Positions 51,888 to 61,503 of a stretch of DNA of 64,000 nucleotides are shown one piece after another (within the stretch, counting starts at the first letter, position 1; each line of letters begins with the position of its first letter). The position numbers and the translations under genes are program-made. The stretch comes from Camelus dromedarius (Eukaryota): assembly GCF_036321535.1 (NCBI RefSeq), contig NC_087437.1, positions 48,796,001 to 48,860,000 on the forward strand, written 5' to 3'. The notes beneath the pieces were generated by a model, which was not told the DNA's origin, searched no databases, and saw only the letters and a list, made by a program, of their open reading frames with translations.

Positions 51888-52791
51888 TATGATACAAGAG
51901 AAGGATGGAAGAAGTACCATCCCAGGACTAACAAAGAATAAAAGTAGGGAAAAGTATGATAGTGATTGGCTCATATAAATCTTACACTTTAATTGTGATA
52001 TAATGATACTGTAGGCTTTTATGGAGTCTTTGCAGTGTTTACATTTTTAAAAGGTCACTGTTAAATTAACTCATTGGTATGTTAGAAATAGTGTAAACTT
52101 TTAAAGTGAATCTGAATGTTTGTCTCACTGGTAATGGCTTCAAATTTAAAGTCTCTTCTCAGAATAACCATCTAAAATTTGTTCAGTGATTTCACATACG
52201 GTATTCTTCTAATTGAAGACATTATTATGCTTAAAACATACTGTTATTTTATATGCACTCCCAGCTTATGACCATCAATTGTAAGAAATACTTGATTTCA
52301 GAGATGTTAAATGTGGGGGAAAAAAGTGCTGCCTAGAATCAGTGAAGTAATGGTAGAAGACACTATACAACTAAATTATTAATTTTTATAAATATAATTA
52401 AACTTGCTTTTAAATATTGGATTATGGTTATTTTTATTATGCTAACAATTTGTTAAAAACCTAAAAATGGGCAAAAAATTTTTTGGTATTCCTTAATAAA
52501 GTGCATTTTCATACTGTATTAAAATGTTTTGTATGTTTTCTGTAAAATTTTATTGACTTTCTGCACATCTAGACAATTTTTAGTCTGACTCTGGTAGGTG
52601 TTACATTACTAGTATGTAATATAAACACTTCATTATTTCTTAGTTAACAAATTGCAAATTTATTTTTATTTTCCTTTTTTTGGAGCAGCCAGTCAGTAGG
52701 GTTAAACAGTGAATTGTAGGAAATAATTATGAATGATTTTACTTTGTTTTTTATAGAATTATAATTGGCTCATGTTCTCTTCTTTCCCAAG

Positions 52792-52995
52792 GTACAAACT
52801 CTGAGCTGTCTAATCCATCTGAAACAGAATCAGAGCGTAAAGACGAGCTGAGTGATTGGTCATTGGCAGGAGAAGATGATCGAGAGAGCCGGCATCAGCG
52901 TGACAGCAGGAGACGCCCAGGAGGAAGAGGCAGAAGTGTTTCAGGGGGTCGAGGTCGTGGTGGACCACGTGGTGGCAAATCGTCCATCAGTTCTG
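52792..52995 (+). CDS. FXR1: FXR1 exon 13: Ser-rich segment plus RGG box; alternative acceptor at 52870
   Basis: tttcccaag|GT ACA AAC ... TCT G|gtagtc; 204 nt; encodes [26 protein letters not shown]...[19 protein letters not shown]. Confidence 0.97.
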
Positions 52996-54904
52996 GTAGT
53001 CTTTTATGTACTATGTCAGCATCCTTTTTTTGTAAACAGTATAACTTTATACAAGTTAATTTGTTTCCCAGGGCCACCCAGTTTTGGAAGTTCATGTTTC
53101 CACTTTTTACTGACTGAGGAAAATAGTGGAACGTATGTACACATAGCAGTATAAGGAAAAGCCCTATAGAGTGTTTCTCAGTGAGGTTTTAGCTAGAATA
53201 TTCAGGTCAGAGTAACTTTAGTTGGCTGATTCTCTGTTTCATTGGTCAGATGTTTTATCCATTCAGTTTTTGGGGGCTTAGGTGATTAGAATTTTTTTTC
53301 CGCTTAGAATTTTTGGGTTATGTGTTTCTGTTTGCCAGACAGACCCAGAGAATTCTAATGCACACAGAGCTCTAAATACTTTTGTATACTTAGTATTGAA
53401 AATTAACTGAAAAACATTTTTTGCTATACTCTGTACCACTTGGGGAACAGGGAAAAACTGGGAAATCACCTTCTTTAAAACTTTCTTTTAAATGTTTGAG
53501 GAATTGACCTTTAAAGAGAAGTGTTCAGAAGACTGAGATTTGAGGTGTATAACCAGCTTTTGCTTATATCTTTCTGAAAGCTGAAATGCTATAACTTAAA
53601 TGGAATTGGTAGGAGTTGGACAGAATGTTCTTGCTTAGCAATGTGCTGGGGGGAGAATTGTTAAGGGATATATGGACTAGATTCTATCAGGGATGTAACC
53701 TTAACATATTATTATCTGGCACTTTTAAGAAAACCACTCATTTCTTAATGTTACAATGTACATCCTATGAAAGTTTATATAGTATTTTAAATGTTATAGA
53801 ACATACGTATATGTAATTACATATAACCAAACATGCTTACAAATTACCAGAAAACTTGTTCCTAGCATGTTTTTTTAGAGATGTTTAAAAAGGTACTCTT
53901 TAGTTCCACTGATATTCTTTAAGTCCTAAACTTAGTTTATAGCCTTTAAGGGAAATAGTTTATAAATTTTAGTACATTGCTGTTACCGAGGTTTATAAAA
54001 TTAATAGTATGCCGAATTACAAAATAAATGTACTTTACATAGTGTTTATGATTAATGGATAAACTTAGTGTCTTTTGTAAAGATGCTAGCTTGCTAGCTG
54101 TTACCAAAGGAAACTTAGGAAAAATCGTGATTAGGTGAATTTCTTCTATAATTTGATTGGTGGAGGCAGTAAATGCACATAGGTAAGATGGGTAATTTTT
54201 TTCTTTTGAACTGTATCTTAAAACCTTTCTTTTCCCATTCTCACCCCACCTTACCCCACCTTCGCTCTTTGTTTTCTAGAGATGGGAATACTAGTCAACA
54301 TTCATTTCCATATTTTCCTATAACCAGTTAGAATTTCAAACTTCTCAGTGTGCATTTTTGTGTAGACTTGTTTTGCTTGTTTCAGTTCACAGTGGCATTT
54401 CTATTATGTCATGGAGTGCAGGTGTTGAGTATTATTTGGAAATAGTTCATTAACATTGGCATGAAGCAGCAGCAGCCACCTTGAACTCATTTATGGAGAC
54501 AAAAAGCTTTTCTGGGATTAATTCATATTAGCTGATTTGTTTTTCTTCATTTTTTATTTCTCTAGCCTCTGGATAGGATTAGTTAGGAATGTGAATGTAA
54601 AAAATATCGTGTTATAATATACTATTTCCTAATACGTTTTCAAAACAGGTCAAAGAGAAATGGTAGAAAGTCAAGGTGTCCTGATCTGCTTTAATTTTTC
54701 ATCGCCATTTAAAATTTTTTCATACTTGCTATTTTTCAGGTAAAATAGTGATACATAAAACATTTTATCTGAAGACAAGAGTATACTTTTATTTGGGGAA
54801 AACTGAAGTTTATCATTAATTGATGTAGTTCAATGTAGATCAAAACATTCCTAATAAATGCAGCTCTCTTAAACGAATATTTCTTGCCTCTGACATGCAT
54901 ATAG

Positions 54905-55105
54905 TGCTCAAAGATCCAGACAGCAATCCATACAGCTTACTTGATAATACAGAATCAGATCAGACTGCAGACACTGATGCCAGCGAATCTCATCACAGTA
55001 CTAACCGTCGTAGGCGGTCTCGTAGACGAAGGACTGATGAAGATGCTGTTCTGATGGATGGGATGACTGAATCTGATACAGCTTCAGTTAATGAAAATGG
55101 GCTAG
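54905..55105 (+). CDS. FXR1: FXR1 exon 14 ([18 protein letters not shown]...[14 protein letters not shown]...NENGL)
   Basis: catatag|TG ... CTA G|gtatgt; 201 nt; Arg-rich stretch. Confidence 0.97.
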
Positions 55106-55740
55106 GTATGTAAGCACTTAGGGAAAAGACATATATTATTGTATAATATTGTTAATGTATGATGCTTTTTGCAAAAAAAGATCCCAGACATATGCAATTC
55201 ACAGTGTTTACTTCAGACGAAGTAGATGGCTTTGTGTCTGTCTTAAATGTCTAGTTCTCAGATTTGTATGGCCAATTTTTTTTTGAGACTGGGAGGGTTT
55301 ATTAAAGTGCCCTTTGATGCCATTAAAACAATATAAATACTCAAACTGCAAGGCTCTGAATAGTCTCACTGTTCATAAACCAAAATTGGGCTTTCATCTT
55401 GTCTTTTTAAATATTACTATAAATGACACTAATGAAGGTGTGTATACTGAGTAGGCATTAATTTCCAAAGGGCTAAAATGTCATTAATTTTGGTAAAAAC
55501 TTAACAGTATTGGAGAGGAAAACTTTATCCCTGAATGATGGTAATTTAAATTAAGTCTTAGAGTTTGTTTAATCAAGAGTTAAAACCCTCTTAATTTCCA
55601 GATAATAATTCCATTTTTAATTTAGTTGGAATGCTTAAAACTACAGAAGTATTTTTCCTGTGAGTAATGTGTGTTGTTTATCTTTACTGTTTAATTAAAA
55701 GGTTCTCTTTCTCCTTCCTTCAATCTTTAAATGAAAGAAG

Positions 55741-55824
55741 TTTTTTAGGTTTTTTTTTGTCTTTGTGTGGTTGTTTTTGTTTTTGTTTTTGTTTTTTTTG
55801 CCTTGTGTTTTGCTTTGTTTTTGT
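55741..55824 (+). repeat. U/UG-rich low-complexity tract (GTTTT)n upstream of exon 15
   Basis: Read directly from the sequence. Confidence 0.9.
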
Positions 55825-55857
55825 CAGAATAGTTCATGGTAAACTTTGCAATTACAG

Positions 55858-55938
55858 ATGATAGTGAAAAAAAACCCCAGCGACGCAATCGTAGCCGCAG
55901 GCGTCGTTTCAGGGGTCAGGCAGAAGATAGACAGCCAG
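55858..55938 (+). CDS. FXR1: FXR1 exon 15, 81-nt muscle-type cassette exon (DDSEKKPQRRNRSRRRRFRGQAEDRQP)
   Basis: attacag|AT ... CCA G|gtaact; 81 nt, symmetric phase 1. Muscle specificity comes from established FXR1 biology, not from this sequence. Confidence 0.95.
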
Positions 55939-58900
55939 GTAACTTGAGTGGACCTGTTGACAACACCAGGTCACAAGCATGAAAAAAAAATTGTCATGTG
56001 TCTGCTTCCTAAATATATTATACTGACATGTACACATGTGTGCATATACATTCAAGATGTGCATTGCATAAATTGTTTACTCAACTAATAAGACTACTAT
56101 TAAGAAAATGCATTCTTCCTTCACATATGTTTAGTAACCTGTCTAATTGAACTAATGTTGTGTCTCAGTTTTTTACATTGAAATACTGTTGAGAAGATCA
56201 TTATTTTGTCCACTTGGCAGAGTCTACACACTTGAGTTGGGGCCTGCCATGCCAGGGACTATATTGTAGATTGTGATTGAGGTTGATTGGCAAAACTGGG
56301 CAGCTTTTGCATGGTGCCTGCTTACTATATCTGGATTCAGCACCTCATTTTTGTGGGAATTCTAATACCCACAGTTTAAAAAAAAAAGTATAAATGAGAA
56401 AAATACTTGAAAAGTGTCTTTTTCATAATAAGAGGAATGCATGTTATGTTTTTGTTTGTTTATTGTAGTGTGATGCCTTTTCCCTTAAACCTACTAACTA
56501 TTCAAATTAATAGTACTTACTTAGCTTTAGATTGTTAATTTAAGTAGATACAATTTTTAGTAACTTCAAAGAAACTTGTTTGCTGTTGTCTATACTATTT
56601 CGAACATAATTCCATTTCATATGTACAGAGAATCATGCTGTATACCCACAGTGAAGAAATTGTGTTCACCAGAAATAAACCCCTTTTAAACTAATCAGTT
56701 TTGCATTCTTTCCAAAACAAATTCTTGTGTTTTCCCCAAATAAAGACTGTAAATTCCAGTATCTTTACTATTTTAAGTTTAGTGGTTGTAGAGACATTTG
56801 AGAAAACTGGTTAAGGGTATTAGTTCCCACTCTTAAAAAAAAAAAAGTTCATGTTTTAAAAATAGTTGTAAATTTAAAAGGAATTAAATATGGTCAAAAT
56901 AGAAATTTTCCAGAAAATGTTTATTATTTTCCCTTCTTTTTGAAAACTTCTCTTTAGTTTTAGAAATATCTTTTAGATGAAGAGATTGTTTTGTTTTTTG
57001 AAGTTGGCATAGCAGTGCATAAACTTTCTGGCTATATTTTATAAATAAGATTTAAGCTATAAGTATGGGCTTGATATAGGATAAATTACAACATAATTTA
57101 TTAACTAGATGGGTGGTGGTTCATCACTAAGTCAAAGGACATAAAATAAATAACAAAGGAAGTAACATGAAAGGGTTTGTTAAAGGAAGAGATTTCTGCA
57201 TGGTGTTAATCAAAACTTGAATAATTTGGAGTTTTTAATAATTTGACAGTGATTTGTGTTCTGCATTTATTCCTATTTTACTCTGTTCTTTGGAATTACT
57301 GCTTTTTCTCTTTAGAATTCAATGCAAGAATGCCTTTCTCAGCCTGCCTATCCCCAGACAAAACACACACACACCAAGATAGGTGGAAAACAAGCACATC
57401 ATTTTCTCCTTTCTCCTTGCCCCCGGCAGCAGTTATAGGAAGTCAGCTTCCATCTAAAGTTAATGTCAGCATTCTCTGAAATATACAGTTAATTTGTTCT
57501 TGTTGCCCTTGGTATAAATTAAGCTGTGAACATTCTTTATTATACTTAGAATGTGCAGTATACTGGTGTCCAGTTCATTAACTTTGAACCTTAGAGGAAA
57601 TTCTAGAGTCCAAATCATGCTGCACAAATTGCCTTAAATTTTTTTCCTAGATATTGTAAATATTTATTAATTTGCTTTGAACTTTTAAGTAGCTTATATT
57701 ATAAAGACTGGCTATAAACAGGTGTTTCTTTGAATCAACTGAGGTTATTTTTGTTTTTATTTCCCTTTGGTTGGGGAGGGGCACTGGTAAGTTTTTACCT
57801 TTCCAGCTAAGTGCCTCTTAATTAATTGCTAAACTACATCAAAGTATATTTCTCCATGTCTGTACCTAGCGGATGAAGGGGTCTAAGAATTGTCACTGTT
57901 GAAACTTAGCAGTATGTGTGTCTATGCAGCAGGGTTTCCAAGTAGCTGAGTTCTCCCAGGTATCACTGAGGGCTGGAACCATGAAAACAATGAATTCATT
58001 AACATGTTCTCCAAACTAGAATAATTCCTAGGATGCTTTTGCTCCCATGTACATGGACATAATGATGAAGTGTATTTGATAGTATCTCCCTCCCCAATTT
58101 TGGAAACTTATTAAATGTATTTGTAAATTCACTAACAGTGAATTTAAATGATTGAAAAAAACTCCAAAATAAACACACTGAGTTTCTTAGAATTTGGAAG
58201 AAAAGAGAATTTTAGACAGGAAACATCTTTAGCAGTGTTTCTAAAGAAGTGTATTCTCAAGTTGTTTTCTTGAGATTTAAAACATTTAATAGTTCTAGAA
58301 AGTTCTTTGCTCTTAATAAAGGTGCTAGCATGTTAATTCTTAAGAAAAATGAATTGTAATACTATCCAGCTTTTTATTGTATCAAAGTGATTTATTTTCA
58401 TAAAATTTGAACCTGATAGACTAATTCTCCCCATACATAGTGACTTTAAGTTTTAAATTTACTTGAGTTTTACTTGTTACATAAATTACTTGCTCCCATA
58501 ATTTAAAATACACTGTATTTCACATAGTCAGGATTTTTCCCCCAACAGTTTCTGAGAGAAAAATAATTCTTTGAAAGGAAGAGGGTGATTATTTTGGTAT
58601 TTCTGAAAATCAGTGAATTCTAACTTGTAAGTCCTTGAAGAGAAAGGATTGAGCTTACAAGAGTGGGTCCAGCCCACTTACAAGTACCTGCAGACCAGAG
58701 GTCATTCTCTGCAGTTGGGTTGGCAGTAGGGTGTGAGTTTGGGTTAGTCTTCTCCCTGTATCCCTGCTGTCACTGCACACACACAAAGTTTTCAGTCAGC
58801 TTCTTAAAAGATTGAAAGATTGGCAAAATGAGGAAAGGGGGTTGTTACTGAATTCATGGTGGCGCTTTTCCCACCATAATCAATGTCCACATTTTTAGAT

Positions 58901-59536
58901 TGGTATTCTGTCATCTTTAGTTTGCTTGCAGTTTCTTTCTTTCTTTTTTTTTTTTTTAAGATTACTCAGAGTGGTTCCTAGTGTGAAATGTTAAAAAGGA
59001 ACCATAAAATACCGCACTTGGGTATCTTATTTGTACTTTAAAAACATAAAAAACTTAAAAAAAATTGAACAACTAATATCTGAGTAAATCTTACATCTTT
59101 GATGAAAATTTCAACTTGAAGCCTGCCACACCATGATTTGCACCAATTTTGCCCCATTCTTCCCCTCTCCCCCCAAAAGTGTAAACACTGTCTGGGGCTT
59201 AGAATGCTGCATCTCCTATTCTTGGTTGTGGATTTTTATAACAAATTTAGCCCACAACTGTAGACTCACCAGAAGCAAATGGCTGGATTCTTGTGAAAGA
59301 GGACTTTAATGTAGACTTCCTCAGTCTCCAGCTTGAAATTTTTCTATTGTCAGCACTAAATCACAGGCACATTTTTCAAGCTTTGTTTTTGGTTGGAGGT
59401 GGTACCCAGCTTAAGAAAATTTTGAAATTGGGTAACCCACCACTAGTTTATTTTAAAAGTAAAATTACTCTTTATCCATAAATAAACTTTAGAAATATTT
59501 TTTCAACACCTGTAATTTTTCTCTCATCTTCAACAG

Positions 59537-59628
59537 TCACAGTTGCAGATTATATTTCTAGAGCTGAGTCTCAGAGCAGACAAAGAAACCTCCCAAGGGA
59601 AACTTTGGCTAAAAACAAGAAAGAAATG
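59537..59628 (+). CDS. FXR1: FXR1 exon 16, 92-nt frame-shifting cassette ([31 protein letters not shown])
   Basis: cttcaacag|TC ... ATG|gtaagg; 92 nt. Confidence 0.96.
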
Positions 59629-59651
59629 GTAAGGAGAATTTAACCTGTAGG

Positions 59652-59748
59652 TCTTTTTTTTTTGTTTTTTGTTTTGGATTTTTGTTTTTGTTTTTTGTTT
59701 TGGTTTGTTTTTTGTTTGTTTGTTTTGGTATGGTTTAGTTTTATTTTT
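59652..59748 (+). repeat. (GTTT)n/U-rich tract downstream of exon 16
   Basis: Read directly from the sequence. Confidence 0.9.
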
Positions 59749-60419
59749 ACTTCTTAACTTACTGTGTGATCACTTGTTTCCCCAACTAGACGAGTAATAT
59801 TCTAGTTAAAGAGTACTCTTGTTGTTCTTGGTCCCAGGTAACTGAAGATATGCATGCTTGAACCTGAAATACTTTTCAGTCAGAACTCTAAATAGTATTT
59901 GTAAAACTCAGTCTGCCCAAAGATACTGGGCATGGAGACTGTTGGCTTTATTTGGGGGAGCAATAGGCTGTATGTACCTCTTCTCAGTGATGGATTAGAC
60001 CTTTAAGTTTCACTTCTTTTAAATACTTTAAAGGATTTGATATGTAAATATGAGTTTCAAAAAAAAAAAGGTGAGTAAGTAGGTGGTTATTTGCCTTATT
60101 TAAGGTATTTACTGTTTATATCTTTTACGTGGTGAGCTCTCCTGTGGTTAAACTGAAATTAGATGCAAGTTTCTGGTAAATAGGTACAGGTTCTTGTGGT
60201 TTATGGACCGCTAGGTATTAGATATAAAGAGTTGAAAGACCCAGAGAGGTGGAGTACGTTGTTATTTGTTCTAAATTTTAAGAACCTTTTAATTCTTTGA
60301 TCCATTGTGGTATATAAAACAAATTATTTATTAGCTAATTAATGTTTATGTAGCTGTTTTCCTCCTCAGCTGTAGATTTCATTTATAAAGAAGTTGAAAA
60401 AGTTGTCTCCCTTTGGCAG

Positions 60420-60590
60420 GCAAAAGATGTGATTGAAGAGCATGGTCCTTCAGAAAAGGCAATAAATGGCCCAACTAGTGCTTCTGGCGATGAAATTTCT
60501 AAGCTACAGCGTACTCCAGGAGAAGAAAAGATTAATACCTTAAAAGAAGAAAATACTCAAGAAGCAGCAGTCCTGAATGGTGTTTCATAA
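60420..60590 (+). CDS. FXR1: FXR1 exon 17 coding part: long frame AKDVIEEHG...VLNGVS*; short frame GKRCD* (stop 60434-60436) when exon 16 is skipped
   Basis: ccctttggcag|GCA; TAA at 60588-60590. Confidence 0.97.
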   Translation, partial: AKDVIEEHGPSEKAINGPTSASGDEISKLQRTPGEEKINTLKEENTQEAAVLNGVS

Positions 60591-60823
60591 ACTGAAGAAG
60601 TTCCTAGTTTACAGTTCTTTTACATTACATTTTACAATAGTGCTTGTACAAGCTTGCCAAAGATAGAATATGGATCGCCAGTCTTTACATCGCACTTTCA
60701 GTTCCTCCATTTGGAATTCAGGAAGGGGAGGGATCCTGAAGAAATCATATGTTAAACATACTTTGACACCTACTGTGTTATAAAATATATCATCAGATGT
60801 GCCTTGAGAATAGTATATGTAAC

Positions 60824-60829
60824 ATTAAA
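60824..60829 (+). terminator. Proximal poly(A) signal ATTAAA
   Basis: Preceded by TGTA; followed by the GU/U-rich tgttattttgttttc (~60851-60865) and a G-rich tract. Confidence 0.65.
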
Positions 60830-61355
60830 AAAGTTGCTGGCTATAGGAAATGTTATTTTGTTTTCAAAATATGGCAGAAACGGGGGAGGTGGGTGGGGTG
60901 GGATCCCTAACGTAATATTCTTTATGAAAGCATTAGCTGCTTTTGTTACATTTTTAATAATATGCAACCACTTCTTCACCTGAGGAAAACTAGAATGAAA
61001 TGCAGTCTAAGATATTTTGCACTGAATTGTAATTTCTTCATTAGTTTAGTCTGGAAACTGGTCTGTTTTAATGTGTTTTTAAAATGCTGTATGTAGAAAA
61101 TCTGCAGACCACTGGAATACATTTGTTAAACTCTCATCTGCAGGGACACTGGGTGATATTGGCAGTGACTGTTCAATGAGGCTTTGTTTGGTTTATTTAT
61201 TAAAGTGTACAGTATTTAAAAAAAATCAAACATAGCTTTAGTTAAACACTAAGCTGAATTAGTCATGTCCATTCAGACATAACCTGAACTACTGAAAAGA
61301 TCAATTTCCAGAAGGTTTATTCTGTATAAACTACATGTTAGTCTTCAATAGAGTA

Positions 61356-61451
61356 TCTTTTCCTTTTCTTCCCCAACCCTCCTCCCCCCCTTTTTTTTTC
61401 TTTTCTTTTTTTTCCTCTTTTCTTTCTTTCTTTTTTTTTTTTTTTTTTTTT
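61356..61451 (+). repeat. Polypyrimidine/poly-U tract in the 3'UTR
   Basis: About 95 nt almost purely C/T, ending in a T-run of about 21. Confidence 0.9.
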
Positions 61452-61497
61452 GATTTTGGTTGTTTGATGTGCAATATGTTTTTGTATGCAGGTAGTA

Positions 61498-61503
61498 AAT
61501 AAA
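61498..61503 (+). terminator. More distal poly(A) signal AATAAA
   Basis: Canonical hexamer after a U-rich tract and TGTA; U-rich sequence downstream. Confidence 0.65.

Larger units (their letters stand above)
3342..60590 (+). other. FXR1: FXR1 gene, full coding span (exons 1-17): tandem Agenet/Tudor, KH0-KH1-KH2, RGG-box RNA-binding protein
   Basis: Spliced translation runs [41 protein letters not shown]...[10 protein letters not shown]. All junctions are GT-AG with matching phases; total 2034 nt = 677 aa with all inserts. Confidence 0.99.

Noticed and set aside
56221..56281. Acceptor-like ccacttggcag in intron 15 (would read ESTHLSWGLPCQGLYCRL*)
   Set aside because: Modest pyrimidine tract and no convincing donor; not distinguishable from chance.
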